Below are positions 49,137-62,701 of a DNA stretch of 64,000 bases, piece by piece. Made by a program: the position numbers and the translations under genes. Within the stretch, counting starts at the first letter, position 1; each line of letters opens with the position of its first letter. The notes beneath the pieces are model-generated. The model was given only the letters and a program-made list of their open reading frames with translations, made no database searches and was not told the DNA's origin. This DNA is from an uncultured Actinomycetes bacterium (GTDB lineage Bacteria > Actinomycetota > Acidimicrobiia > Acidimicrobiales > Ilumatobacteraceae): the NCBI GenBank assembly GCA_963754705.1, contig CAVWGZ010000005.1, positions 162,161 through 226,160 on the forward strand, read 5' to 3'.

Positions 49137-50003
49137 CTACGGCAGCGGGCCGAATCGGTTGTCCGGGTCGAGGGCGGCCTTGATCCGACGATGGAGCTGG
49201 GCGACGACCGGTGACATCGCCCGCCACGCCGGCGGGCGGGTGTGGTGGACGACGCCGATCCCGATCTCGGCGACGAACGGGGCCTCGCCATCGCGGGCGA
49301 GCTCGCGGAGGGTGTCGGGCGGCAGGGACCAGCGGCCGCCGGTGGGCAGCGGCGGCGGGCCGTCGGCCGGCAAGAGTGACGCTCCGGCGGCTTGCTCGGC
49401 GACGTCACGGGCATCGCCTTCGAGGCAGACCCAGGTCGACGTGCCGTCCCACAGGATCGAGGCCGGGCGGTAGAGGGCGACGAGCAGGGCGAACGGATCG
49501 GTTCCCGGAGCACCGACGAACCAACGCGAGACCGGCGGCAGCGGACGGGTGCGGAGGATCACCTCGCCGATGATCCCGAGCGTCCCCGACGATCCGACCA
49601 GCGCCCGGCAGAGGTCGAACCCGGTGACGTTCTTCACCGTCGGCCCGCCGGCGGTGATCAGCTCGCCGGCAGCAGACACGTAGCGGGCCTGGAGCAGGGT
49701 CTCGCGCACCGGACCGTGGCCGAGCCGGAAGACGTCGGACCGCCCGGCGGCCAACGCTCCCCCGACCGTCCCCGAGGGAGGCAGGGCGACACCCTGGCGG
49801 TGCTCGCCGAGGACGGCGAGGAGCTCGGCCACCGGCGTCCCGGCCCCGCAGCAGACGGTCATCTCGTCCGGCTGGAACCAGTCCAGCCCACGGGGCGCCG
49901 AAACCAGCGGCACCCCCTCACGAGCTCCGCCCCGGCTGCCGAGCCCGCTGACGCCCACCGGCCCCTCGCTGCCGACTTCGGCGGCCAGCCCGCTCAGATC
50001 CAC
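49137..50003 (-). CDS. glcE: glycolate oxidase FAD-binding subunit (short GlcE-like)
   Basis: KNVTGFDLCRALVGSSGTLGIIGEVILR fits the family. GTG 50003 overlaps the glcD stop by 10 nt. Confidence 0.7.
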   Translation of the reverse strand: MDLSGLAAEVGSEGPVGVSGLGSRGGAREGVPLVSAPRGLDWFQPDEMTVCCGAGTPVAELLAVLGEHRQGVALPPSGTVGGALAAGRSDVFRLGHGPVRETLLQARYVSAAGELITAGGPTVKNVTGFDLCRALVGSSGTLGIIGEVILRTRPLPPVSRWFVGAPGTDPFALLVALYRPASILWDGTSTWVCLEGDARDVAEQAAGASLLPADGPPPLPTGGRWSLPPDTLRELARDGEAPFVAEIGIGVVHHTRPPAWRAMSPVVAQLHRRIKAALDPDNRFGPLP

Positions 50004-51422
50004 GCGCCCTCCGGGAGGTGCTGCAACTCCCCGCAGCCGGCCCCGGTCGGCAGCACCTTGCCGGGGTTGGCCAGCCCGGCCGGGTCGAACGCCGAGCGCA
50101 GCGCCTCCTGGGCAGCGAGGCTCGGGCCGTCGAACATCTGCGGCATGTAGTCGCGCTTTTCCAGCCCGATCCCGTGCTCCCCGGAGAGCACACCGCCGGC
50201 GGCGACGCTGGCGGCGACGATCTCGCCACCCGCTGCGTGGACCCGTTCCCACACCCCCGGCTCCCGCCCGTCGAACACGAGCAGCGGATGGAGATTGCCG
50301 TCGCCGGCGTGGAACACGTTCATCACCAGCAGACGATGCCTGGCGGCGATCTCGTAGACCTGGGCCAACACCTCGGTCAGCTTGCGGCGCGGGACGACAG
50401 TGTCGTGGAGGTAGTAGTTCGGCTTGATCCGCGCGATCGCGCCGAAGGCCGTCTTGCGGCCCTTCCACAGCAGGGCACGCTCGGCCTCGTCGCGGGCGAT
50501 CCGGATCGTGCGCGCTCCGTGCGCTCGACCGATCGCGCTCGATCTGCTCGACCTCCACCGTCAAGCGGTGCTGCGGACCGGCGACCTCGACCAGCAGGAT
50601 CGCCGCTGCGTCGGTCGGCAACCCGGCGTGGACGTACTCCTCCACCGCCCGGGTGCACAGCTGATCCATCATCTCCAGCGCCGCGGGGACCATTCCGGCG
50701 GCGATGATCGCCGAGACGGTCGCCGTGCCGTGGGCGACATCGGTGAAGTCGAGCAGCATCGTTCGCACTGCCGGCGGATCCTGGGTCAGGCGGACGCAGA
50801 TCTTGGTCGCGATCCCGAACATCCCCTCCGAACCGACGAACATCCCGCGCAGGTCGAGCCCGTCCGGCTCCGGCTCCTCGCCACCGAGGAGGGCGACACT
50901 GCCGTCCGGGAGGACGACCTCGAGCCCGAGGATGTGCGCACTGGTCACCCCGTCGGCGAGGCAGTGTGGTCCTCCGGAGTTGTTCGCCACGTTGCCGCCG
51001 ATCGAGCACGACTGCTGGCTCGACGGGTCGGGGGCGAAATGGAGGCCGTGGGCGGCGACCGCCCGGGTCAGGTCGAGGTTGAGCACTCCCGGTTCGACCC
51101 ACGCCTGCCGGTTGACCGGATCGACGGACAGGATCCGGTTCATCTTGGTCGTGACGATCACGATCGCTGCGTCGAGCGGCGTCGCACCTCCGGCCAGTCC
51201 CGTCCCCGAACCGCGAGCGACGAACGGCCGTCCGAAGTGGTTGGCCGCCAGCACGCAGGCGCGAACCTCGGCCGTCGTCGTCGGGAAGCAGACCACACCC
51301 GCAGCGCCGTCGATGTTGGAGGCGTCCCGGCGGTACAGGGCGAGCTCCGCTGCACCGACCCGGACCCGCTCCGGGGCGAGTCCCCGGCGGAGCTCGGCGA
51401 GCAGCTGATCGTCGACCGTCAC
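49994..51422 (-). pseudogene. glcD: glycolate oxidase / FAD-linked oxidase subunit GlcD, one frame break (~50545)
   Basis: The motifs are ARGSGTGLAGGA and NNSGGPHC. The junction is ...VEVEQIE then (one extra base) AIGRAHGARTIRIARDEAERALLWKGRK...GEHGIGLEKR. Confidence 0.85.
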
Positions 51423-51568
51423 GCTCGCACGGTAGCGGCCGCGTCCGGACCGACCGGACGGCGACGACCCCGTCGAGCGGCGTGATCGCGCCCGATCGCG
51501 GCGCAGCGACTGCCAACATCGCCAGCACCGCGCCCGAGCGCAGCTGCGGGGACGCCACACTGCCGATC

Positions 51569-52510
51569 ATGGTCGACACCGCACGACGTGAGCGACGCGC
51601 TGCGGCGCACGGCTCGGCGGCCGCCTACCGACCGCTCGATCACCTCTACGTGCTCGGCTCGTCGGGAATCTGGGGGGCGTCGTTCGTCCTGATCGCGACC
51701 TCGCTCGAACATCACGGCCCCGGCGTGGTCACCTTCCTCCGGATCGCCGTCGGAGCTGCGGCGATGGGGCTCTACCGGCCGGCGCGGCGACCCGTCGACC
51801 GTCGTGATCTGCCGCGGGTGCTGCTCCTCGCCGTGCTCTGGTTGGCGTTCCCGATGACCCTCTACCCGCTCGCCCAACAGCACATCTCGTCCGGTCTGGC
51901 GGGGATGTTGGGTGCGTCGATCCCGGTGTTCACCGCCGCGATCGCAGCCGTGGTCCATCGCTTCCTCCCGGCCCCGATCCATCTGCTCGGGATCGGCGTG
52001 GGCGCGCTGGGGATCGTCCTGCTCGGCCTCCCGGCGATCGGCGAGGGCTCGAGCAGTGCCACCGGCGTGCTCCTGATCATCGCCGCCTGCGTGTCCTACG
52101 GGGCTGCGTTCAACGTCGCCGTGCCGCTCGTCCAGCAGTACGGGAGCGCGCCGGTGTTCTGGCGGGCGCTGCTCGTCTCGGTGCCGATGACGATGCCCTA
52201 CGCACTGTTCGGACTCGGCGACTCGAGCTGGGACATCACGTCGTTCGGGGCGAACCTCGTGCTCGGCGTCGCCGGCACGGCGATCGCCTTCGTCCTCCTG
52301 CTCAACCTCACCGCCCGGGTCGGGGCGACGCGCAGTTCGACGGTCACCTATCTCGAGGCCGGCTTCGCCTTCGTCCTCGGCACGCTGATCCGCCACGAGC
52401 CGGTGCAAGCACTGGAGGTGATCGGCTGCGTGGTCCTGCTTGCCGGAGCCTGGCTGGCGTCGCTCGCCGGTGGGCGAGAACCCGAGGTGCCACCGGAGCT
52501 CTCCGGATAG
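51569..52510 (+). CDS. EamA/DMT-family transporter
   Basis: It has 10 hydrophobic segments and duplicated EamA-like halves. The start is taken at ATG 51569. Confidence 0.75.
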   Translation: MVDTARRERRAAAHGSAAAYRPLDHLYVLGSSGIWGASFVLIATSLEHHGPGVVTFLRIAVGAAAMGLYRPARRPVDRRDLPRVLLLAVLWLAFPMTLYPLAQQHISSGLAGMLGASIPVFTAAIAAVVHRFLPAPIHLLGIGVGALGIVLLGLPAIGEGSSSATGVLLIIAACVSYGAAFNVAVPLVQQYGSAPVFWRALLVSVPMTMPYALFGLGDSSWDITSFGANLVLGVAGTAIAFVLLLNLTARVGATRSSTVTYLEAGFAFVLGTLIRHEPVQALEVIGCVVLLAGAWLASLAGGREPEVPPELSG

Positions 52511-52521
52511 GGTCCGCACGA

Positions 52522-53280
52522 ATGGCCACGCAGCGCATGCCCGCCGAACGTCCGCCCGACGACCTCCACGACTGGATCTCGTTCGAGGACCCCGACGAGC
52601 AACGCACCTGGGTGTTCGATGCCACGTTCCTCGGCTCGAACTGGTCGTGCATCTACGGCCATGGGTGCGTCGGCGTGCTGACCGCCCCCGCCCAGCACCT
52701 CCAGCAGGGCTGTTGCAGCTACGGCGCCCACTTCGTCGACGACGCCGACGTCGCCACCGTCGAAGCCGCCGCCGAGCGGTTGAGCAAGCAGCAATGGCAG
52801 TACCGCAAGGAGGCCAGGCGCGGCGGCCTGTTCGGCACCGACGAGGAGGGGGCGCGGATCACACGCGTTGTCGACGGGGCCTGCATCTTCCTCAACCGTC
52901 CAGGATTCGAGGGCGGGATCGGCTGCGCGCTGCACAGCGCTGCGCTCGCCGTCGGCGAACGGCCGATGGACTGGAAGCCGGACGTCTGCTGGCAGCTCCC
53001 CCTCCGCCTCCACGAGCACGTCGACGAGCACGGCTATGTCACCTCGACGCTGCGCGAATGGAAACGCCGCGACTGGGGTGAGGGGGGCACCGAGTTCCAC
53101 TGGTGGTGCACCGAGTCCGGCGATGCCTTCGTCGGCAGCCGGCCGGTGTACGACTACCTCCGCGACGAGATCACCGAGTACACCGGGCCGGCGGTCTATG
53201 CACTGCTGGTCACCCAGCTCCAAGCCCGCGCCCGGCGCGGCACCCCGGTCGCCCATCCGGCGCTCCGCCGGCGGAGCTGA
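52522..53280 (+). CDS. conserved Cys/Trp-rich hypothetical protein
   Basis: The 252-aa ORF is intact and contains CIYGHGC...GCCSYGAH...CIFLNRPGF...GCALH. The family is not recognised with confidence. Confidence 0.5.
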   Translation: MATQRMPAERPPDDLHDWISFEDPDEQRTWVFDATFLGSNWSCIYGHGCVGVLTAPAQHLQQGCCSYGAHFVDDADVATVEAAAERLSKQQWQYRKEARRGGLFGTDEEGARITRVVDGACIFLNRPGFEGGIGCALHSAALAVGERPMDWKPDVCWQLPLRLHEHVDEHGYVTSTLREWKRRDWGEGGTEFHWWCTESGDAFVGSRPVYDYLRDEITEYTGPAVYALLVTQLQARARRGTPVAHPALRRRS

Positions 53281-53282
53281 AC

Positions 53283-55135
53283 TCAGTTCTTCTTGTGGGC
53301 CTTGCGCCGTTCCTCGAGCGAGAGGTGACGCTTGCGGATCCGGATCGCCTTCGGGGTGACCTCGACCAGCTCGTCGTCGGCGATCCACTCGATCGCCGTC
53401 TCGAGCGTGTGGATCTTCGGGCGGCGGCAGCTTGACGGCGTCGTCGTGGCTGTGGGTGCGGATGTTGTTCTTCTCCTTCGCCCGCACGACGTTGACGACC
53501 ATGTCGTCGCTCGCGGCGTTCTCGCCGACGACCATGCCCTCGTAGACCTGCGTCGCCGGGCGCGACGAAGCAGCTCGCCGCGCTGCTGGAGGTTGTCGAG
53601 CGCGTAGCCGGTGGTCTGGCCGATGCGGTCGGAGATCATCGCGCCGCCGCGGCGGTCGGGCAGGTCGCCGACCCACGGCATCCAGCCGGCGTGGTGCTGG
53701 TGCAGCAGCGCGGTGCCACGGGTGGCGGTGAGCAGCAGCGAGCGGAAGCCGATCAGCCCACGCGCACGGCGCCTCGAAGGTGACGATCGGTGCGGCCGGT
53801 GTCGCCGGGGCGCATGTCGATGACCCGGCCCTTGCGCGGGGCGAGCGCCTGGGTGACGGTGCCGACGTACTCGTCGGGGACGTCGATGACGCCCCGCTCG
53901 AGCGGCTCGTGGCGCTTGCCGTCGATCTCCTTGGTGATGACCTCGGGCCGGCTGACCTGCAGCTCGTAGCCCTCGCGGCGCATGCTCTCGATGAGCACGG
54001 CGAGCTGCAGCTCGCCGCGACCGGCGACCTCGATGACGTCGGGCGAGTCGGTCTCGGCGAGCTTGATCGACACGTTGCCGAGCACCTCCTGGTTCAGCCG
54101 CTCGACGGAGTGGCGGCAGGTGAGGAACTTGCCGTCCTTGCCGGCGAGCGGCGAGGTGTTGACGCCGAAGGTCATCCGCAGCACCGGCTCGTCGACGGTC
54201 AGGCGGGGCAGCGCGCTCGGGGTCTCCGGCGCTGGCGATGGTGTCGCCGATCTCGACCTCGGGGAAGCCGGCGACGACGAACAGGTCGCCGGCGGCGCGC
54301 TGCGTCGACCTCGTCGCGGCTGACTCCCTCGAACGCCATCAGCTGGGCGAGCCGGCGCTTCGGCGGACGGCTGACCGTCGGCGAACTCCTCCTCGCGTCA
54401 GCCGGCAGACCGAGCCTGCTCGCCCTTGCGCAGCGTGCCGTGCACGACCCGGCCGATGGCCAGGCGCCCGAGGTAGTCGGAGGCGTCGAGGTTGGTGACG
54501 ATCGCCTGCAGCGGCGCATCGGGGTCGCCCCGTGGCGCGGGGATGGTCTCGAGGATGGCGTCGAGCAGCGGCGACGAGGTCGGCGTCGTCGGCGGGCATG
54601 CCGATCGCCCTGCATCGCCCTGCCCTCGCGGGCGACGGCCGAGATGATCGGGAAGTCGATGTGGTGGTCGTCGGCGTCGAGGTCGATGAAGAGCTGGTAC
54701 GATCTCGTCGAGGACCTCGTCGGCGCGGGCGTCCTCGCGGTCGACCTTGTTGATCACGACGATCGCCGGCAGGTCGGCGGCGAGCGCCTTCGACAGCACG
54801 TAGCGGGTCTGCGGCAGCGGACCCTCGGCGGCGTCGACCAGCAGCAGCACGCCGTCGACCATGCGCCAGCGCCCGCTCGACCTCGCCGCCGAAGTCGGCG
54901 TGGCCCGGGCGTGTCGACGAGGTTGATCTTGACGCCCTTCCACGTGACCGACGCGGCCTTGGCGAGGATGGTGATGCCCCGCTCGCGCTCCTGGTCGTTG
55001 GAGTCCATGACCCGGTCGACGACGGCCTGGTGGGCGGCGAACATGCCGGTGGCGCGCAGCAGGGCGTCGACGAGGGTGGTCTTGCCGTGGTCGACGTGCG
55101 CGACGAGCGCGACGTTGCGGAGGGATGCGCGTCAT
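53283..55135 (-). pseudogene. typA: translational GTPase TypA/BipA, >=9 frame breaks
   Basis: The pieces [62 protein letters not shown] and ...AIEWIADDELVEVTPKAIRIRK are spread over all three frames. Confidence 0.9.
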
Positions 55136-55217
55136 GACGTGTATTCCGATCCGAATGGGGCGCGTGCCGTCGTCGAGGTTCAGCGCAGCCGGCAGCGCCG
55201 CGGCTTCCGGCTGCCGA

Positions 55218-55444
55218 TCAGTCGTCGGTCGTCGTCCGCTTCGTCGTCCTCGTCGAACGTGACGCCGTACTTCTCGGCGAGCGCGGCGTACTCATCGTCC
55301 TCAGTAGGCCTCACGGTGACCAGTGCCACCGAATCCCAGGTCGAATGCGCTGGGACCAGCCTGCTTGAGCTTGCGCGCTTCTTCGAAGCGGCGATGACGA
55401 CCCTTCTTCACGAGCAGGGCTCCCGAACCTAGAGAGTCTGACAT
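55218..55444 (-). pseudogene. small basic-N/acidic-C hypothetical protein, 1-2 frame breaks
   Basis: The reading is [51 protein letters not shown].... Removing the T continues [25 protein letters not shown].... The end is uncertain (55218 or 55180). Confidence 0.35.
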
Positions 55445-55546
55445 TGGGCACGCAGTCTACCGGCCGGACGGGCACGCCGCGAGCGGCGTCAGACACCCGC
55501 CCCTGCCACCGCCGCGGCACGCCCGACTCGTACGCATGCGCCTCCG

Positions 55547-57131
55547 GTGGACCAACCGTGGTGGAAGACGCGCCGTCGTCGTACCAGATCTACCCGCGCA
55601 GCTTCGCCGACACGTGCCCGGCGACGGCGACGGGGTCGGCGACCTGCGCGGGCGTCACCGAGCGCCTCGACCACCTCGCCGTGGCTCGGCGTCGACGCGA
55701 TCTGGCTGTCGCCGATCTTCCGCTCGCCGATGGCCGACTTCGGCTACGACGTCAGCGACTACTGCGACATCGACCCGCTGTTCGGCGACGCTCGCCGACT
55801 TCGACCGGCTGGTCGCCGACGCCCACGCGCGCGACCTGAAGGTGCTCCTCGACTGGGTGCCGAACCACACCAGCGACCAGCACCCGTGGTTCGTCGAGAG
55901 CCGGTCGAGACCGCGACCAACCCCAAGCGCGACTGGTACGTGTGGCGCGACCGAGCCGGCCGAACAACTGGCAGGCGGCGTTCGGCGCCGGCGAGCCGGC
56001 GTGGACGTTCGACGAGCCGACGCGGCCAGTACTACCTGCGCTGCTTCCTCGCCGAGCAGCCCGACCTGAACTGGGACAACGCCCGAGCGTCGAGGCGGCG
56101 ATGCACGACACGCTGCGGTTCTGGCTCGACCGGGGCGTCGACGGGTTCCGGATGGACGTCGTCCACCTCATCGGCAAGGACGCTCGACACGCGACGACCC
56201 GCCCGAGGCCGTCGCAGCCGAACACGGCCACGTCCCGCTCAACGACGTCGCCGGCGCGCACGACCGACCTCCGCCGGATCCGCGGCGTGCTCGACGAGTA
56301 CCCCGGCGACCGGACCAGCGTCGGCGAGGTGTACCTGCTCGACGAGGCGGCGATGGCCGAGCTACTACGGCGACGACGACGAGCTGCACCTGAGCTTCAA
56401 CTTCCGCTTCCTGTGGGCCGCCGTTCGACGCCCGCCGAGCTGCGCCGGCGGATCGCCACCACGCTCTCGCACTCTCGACGCCAGCGCGGCGCCTGGCCGA
56501 CCTGGGTGCTCTCGAACCACGACGTCGCCCGCCACCGCCACCGCTACGGCGGCAGCGAGGACGCGCGCCCGGGTGGCGGCCGTGCTGCTGCTCACGCCTG
56601 CCGGGCACGCCGTTCCTCTACCAGGGCGAGGAGCTCGGGCTCGTCGACGCCGACGTCCCCGCCGACCGGGTCGTCGACCCCGGCGGGCGCGACGGCTGCC
56701 GGGCGCCGATCCCGTGGACTGCGCGACGACCGCCACGGCTGGCCGGCCGACGCCGTGGCTGCCGTTCCCGCCCGAGTCCGACGTGCGCAACGTCGCCAGG
56801 CGCAGCGCGCGACGCCGGACTCGATCCTCCACCTCTACCGACGGATGCTGACGCTGCGCCAGCAGTCGCCGGCGCTGCATCGGTGGTCGTCTCGCGCTGC
56901 TCGACGCCCCCGACGACGTGCTCGCCTTCGAGCGAGGCGACGACGGCGAGCGGCTGTGCGGTGTTCGTCAACCCCACCGTCGAACCGCGCCGCGATCGCC
57001 GTCGCCGAGTCGTCGGAGCGTGGTCCTCGCGACCCACGAGGCGACCCGCACCGAGCTTCGACGGCACGCTGGCCCCGGGCCAGGCGGTGATCGCCCGCCC
57101 GCCGAGTGTCGCTTCGAACCTGGCAGAGTGA
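55547..57131 (+). pseudogene. GH13 alpha-glucosidase / oligo-1,6-glucosidase-like, many frame breaks
   Basis: The motifs are [57 protein letters not shown] and QPDLNW, in alternating frames. Confidence 0.85.
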
Positions 57132-57137
57132 GCGGCC

Positions 57138-57909
57138 ATGGGTCGTACCGTCGCGCTGTTCAACCAGAAGGGCGGGGTCGGCAAGACCACCGTCACCCTC
57201 GGACTCGCCTCGGCCGCCTGCGGCCGCCGGAGCGCGCGTCCTCGTCGTCGATCTCGACCCGCAAGGGTCGAGCACTTGGGTGCTCGGCATGACCCGGCGC
57301 GAGGTGCGGTGAGTCGACGGCGGAGGTGCTCGACCGGCGCACGCTCGGCGAGGCGATCGTCGCCAGCACCTGGGGTGACAACGTCCACGTCCTCCCGGCG
57401 TCGCACCCGTCTGCAGACCAAGGAGCACGCGACCGGCAAGCAGCCGGCGCTCAAACTGCGCAGCGCACTGGCCGCAGCGCGACGACCTACGACGCGTCCT
57501 GATCGACTGTCCGCCGTCGCTCGGCAACCTGACGACCAACGGGCTTGACCGCAGCCGACCACGCGATCATCGTCGTCGAGCCGTCGGCGCTCGGGCTGCG
57601 CGGCATCGCCGCCGTCGCCGACCTCGATCGACGACGTGTGGGACGAACACAACCCGGACCTCGACCTCACCGGGGTGATCGTCAACAAGGTTCCCTCGAT
57701 CACCAGCGAGGCCGAGCGCCGCTTCGAGGAGCTCGACCCGGATCGTCGGCAAGCAGGCCGTGTGGAAGCCGGCGGTGCCACAGCGAGTGATCGTCAACCA
57801 GGCGCATCGGCGAACGCCGCCCGATCCACGCCTACGGCGCCCGCGCCGCAGACGTGATCGAGGCGTTCGATCAGTTGTGGGCAAAGCTCAAACGGGTCCA
57901 GCGCGGCTG
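57138..57909 (+). pseudogene. ParA/Soj-family ATPase, several frame breaks
   Basis: The pieces are VALFNQKGGVGKTT, VLVVDLDPQGSST, IIVVEPSALGLRGI and GVIVNKV. The C-terminus [16 protein letters not shown] ends with TGA at 57907-57909. Confidence 0.75.
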
Positions 57910-57937
57910 ACGAGAGCCGTTCGATCGGCGCTGTGGT

Positions 57938-60080
<2,143 letters not shown>

Positions 60081-60121
60081 CGCGACAGTCTCCCAACTCG
60101 GCGAGCTGTCGGACGGGTCGG

Positions 60122-61261
60122 TCAGGCGTCGATCAACTTCAGGCCGCCCCGGCCGTCGAAGGCGAGCGCAGCAGTCCCGGCGACCAGCCGGCCGAGATCG
60201 TCGCCGACCAGTTCTGCGCGCCAGCCACTGGCGAGCCGGGCGTCCGGATCGCCACGGAGGAAGGAGACCAGATCGGAGCGGGTGGCGAGCAGGGCGGTGT
60301 CGACCTTCTCCCGCCGGGCGAGCTCGCTGACCCAGGCGGACACGAGCGTGACCGCCGGGCGGAGCTTGCGGTCGAGCTCCTCGACGTCGTTCTGGGGCAG
60401 CTCGATCGGCTCGGCCAACCCGTCGCTGACCGCCTGCAGCAGATCCTTGCCGATCGAGCCACGGGTGTGGCGCTCGTCGACACCGCGCGCTCCGGACAGC
60501 TCGGTGATCGTCCGCGGCACCTTCTGGGCGATCCCGAGCAGGGCGAGGTCGGGGAGCACCTGACGGGTCGGCTGGTCGAGTGAGGCGGCGCGCCGCTCGC
60601 GCCAGGCGGCGACGGCGCGAGCGACGCCGCGGCTGCGCGGCTTGAGCGAACGTGCGTCCTTCAACCGCAACCAGGCGTCGTCCGGGTTCCCCGGGCCCTG
60701 GGGGCGGACCCGCAGCTCCTCGCAGGCGGCCTCCGCCCAGCCCAACCGGCCGGCATCGACGAGTTGGGCGACGATCCGGTCGTGGAGCTCGAGCAGGTGC
60801 TCCACGTCGGCTGCGGCGTAGGTGCGTTGATCGGCGGTGAGCGGGCGGCGGAGCCAGTCGGTCAAGCGGTCGCCCTTGGGCAGTGGGACGCGCAGCTCCC
60901 CGTGGACGAGATTGGTCAATGACGGCGTCGCGTAGCCGAGGAAGCCGGCGGCGAGCTGGGTGTCGAACAGTCGCGCCGGCACCGTCCCGCAGGCGTGGGT
61001 GAGCACGTCGAGGTCCTGTTGGGCGGCGTGGAGCACGGCCAGTCCGGGTCCGTCGAGCAGCCGGGCGAGCTCTCGGATGTCGCAGGCGAGCGGGTCGACG
61101 AGGGCGATCCCGTCGCTCCAGGCGAATTGGACGAGGGCGAGTCGCGGGTAATAGGTCCGCTCGCGATGGAACTCGGTGTCGAGCGCGTAGCGCTCGACAC
61201 CGAGCAGACGGTCGACCAGGGCGACGAGGTCAGCGGTCTGGTCGATCCACGCCGGGTTCAC
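60122..61261 (-). CDS. rnd: ribonuclease D (DEDD 3'-5' exonuclease + HRDC)
   Basis: The 379-aa ORF is intact. Its motifs are YALDTEF, LHAAQQDL and YAAADVEHLLEL. The GTG start overlaps the rhodanese stop. Confidence 0.85.
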   Translation of the reverse strand: MNPAWIDQTADLVALVDRLLGVERYALDTEFHRERTYYPRLALVQFAWSDGIALVDPLACDIRELARLLDGPGLAVLHAAQQDLDVLTHACGTVPARLFDTQLAAGFLGYATPSLTNLVHGELRVPLPKGDRLTDWLRRPLTADQRTYAAADVEHLLELHDRIVAQLVDAGRLGWAEAACEELRVRPQGPGNPDDAWLRLKDARSLKPRSRGVARAVAAWRERRAASLDQPTRQVLPDLALLGIAQKVPRTITELSGARGVDERHTRGSIGKDLLQAVSDGLAEPIELPQNDVEELDRKLRPAVTLVSAWVSELARREKVDTALLATRSDLVSFLRGDPDARLASGWRAELVGDDLGRLVAGTAALAFDGRGGLKLIDA

Positions 61262-61584
61262 GCCGGTTGCTCACCGGTGACGACGTCGCGCCCGCTGCTG
61301 ATCCAGCCCGTCGTCCCACCGGCGACGTTGATCGCCGTGACCCCGGCGCTGCGGAGGAACTCCGTCGCCCGCATGCTGCGTCCGCCGCTCTTGCAGATCA
61401 TGTAGACGTCACCTTCGGCCGGAAACTCCGAGACCCTCGACGGCACCTCGCCGAGCGGCACCAGCACGGCTCCGGGGACGTGACCTTCGGCGTACTCGTC
61501 CGGCTCACGCACGTCGAACAGCACTGCGCCGGCCGCCAGCGCGTCTTCCAGGTCGTCGACGGTGACTTCGATCTCGCTTGACAT
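61258..61584 (-). CDS. single-domain rhodanese sulfurtransferase
   Basis: The motifs are LFDVREPDEYAEGHVPGA and the active-site loop MICKSGGRS. Confidence 0.8.
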   Translation of the reverse strand: MSSEIEVTVDDLEDALAAGAVLFDVREPDEYAEGHVPGAVLVPLGEVPSRVSEFPAEGDVYMICKSGGRSMRATEFLRSAGVTAINVAGGTTGWISSGRDVVTGEQPA

Positions 61585-61594
61585 CCCCGGCACG

Positions 61595-62181
61595 CTACTG
61601 CGGCAGGTCCTCCGGGCGGTCGACGTCGCGCAAGGCCAGGGCCGCGACCGGCACGCCGACCACCTGCAACCCCCCGAGCGCGGTCTGCACCGAGCGGACG
61701 CCACGATCGAACGCCTCGCGCAGCGGGCCCTCGGCGCGTTCGATCAGCCACGCGGCACAAAGTGGCTCGCGGCGGTCGGTGAGGGCGACCGCGGCGACCG
61801 GTCCGGTGAGATCGGGGGGCTCGGCCGAGGGGTCGCCGAGGGCGTCGATCAGCGCCTGGTGGACGGAGCCGACCGTCGCCGCGTCGAGCCAGGGCAGATC
61901 GCAGGAGGTGACCACCAGCACCGCTGCCGGGCTCCAGGAAAAGCGGCCAGCACGCCGCCGAGCGGTCCCTCGCCGGGCCACAGATCGGCCACGGGGGAGA
62001 GTCCGAGCGCAGCCAGCCGGTCGCGGTCGCCTCCGATCGCGGCGATCGGCTCGACCCCGGCGGCGCGCAGCGCGTCGGCGACGCGCTCGACCATCGCCAC
62101 CCCGTCGACCTCGACGAAGGCCTTGTCGCGACCCATCCGGCTGCTGGCTCCGCCGGTGAGGATCGCTCCCGCCGCACCCAT
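61595..62181 (-). pseudogene. mobA: molybdenum cofactor guanylyltransferase, one frame break (~61925, looks like a missing base)
   Basis: AILTGGASSRMGRDKAF...GEGPLGGVLAAF is followed by WSPAAVLVVTSCDLPWL in a shifted frame. Confidence 0.8.
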
Positions 62182-62188
62182 CGGGACC

Positions 62189-62635
62189 TCAGCCCTCGGC
62201 GGGCACGCCGCTCGGTTCGAGCTGGAGGAGGAACAGCGCGCACCGCTCGGCCTCGTCCGTCTCGCCGATCGCGGTGGCGCTGTCGCGTAGGCCGCGCAAC
62301 GCCCGGAGGAAGCCCCGGTTGGTCTCCGCCGACCAACGGACGTAGCCACTCCCCCGCCAGCCGCTGGCGCGCAGCCGATCGAGCCCGCGGTGGTAGCCGA
62401 CCCGGTAGCAGGCGTAGGACTCGACCGAATCGCGTCCGAGGTCGCCGAGCCGGGCCCATCCGTCGAGGAACCGCGGCCAACGGCCGACGACGACGGCGAC
62501 CGCATCCCGGCGTTCGTCGACCGGCCCAGAGAGTGCCTGCTGGAGCGCGAGCAGGGCCTCGGGCGGCTCGGCGTCGAGCACCGTCGCCGGCGGTCCCTGC
62601 GAGCTGAGGTTGACCGGACGGCTCGGATCGCTCAT
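62189..62635 (-). CDS. DUF3151-like conserved actinobacterial protein
   Basis: The sequence is YACYRVGYHRGLDRLRASGWRGSGYVRWSAETNRGFLRAL...ERCALFLLQLEP. Confidence 0.6.
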   Translation of the reverse strand: MSDPSRPVNLSSQGPPATVLDAEPPEALLALQQALSGPVDERRDAVAVVVGRWPRFLDGWARLGDLGRDSVESYACYRVGYHRGLDRLRASGWRGSGYVRWSAETNRGFLRALRGLRDSATAIGETDEAERCALFLLQLEPSGVPAEG

Positions 62636-62701
62636 CCGGAGCACCCTAAACGCTCCCGACCCCGACACCCAGCTCCAAAACCCTCGACGTACAGTGACGC
62701 T

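Noticed and set aside
57138-57909. The ParA-like ATPase as a marker of an integrated plasmid or partition module.
   Set aside because: There is no parB, rep or relaxase gene and no centromere-like repeat array adjacent. Orphan ParA/Soj-like ATPases are common on actinobacterial chromosomes.
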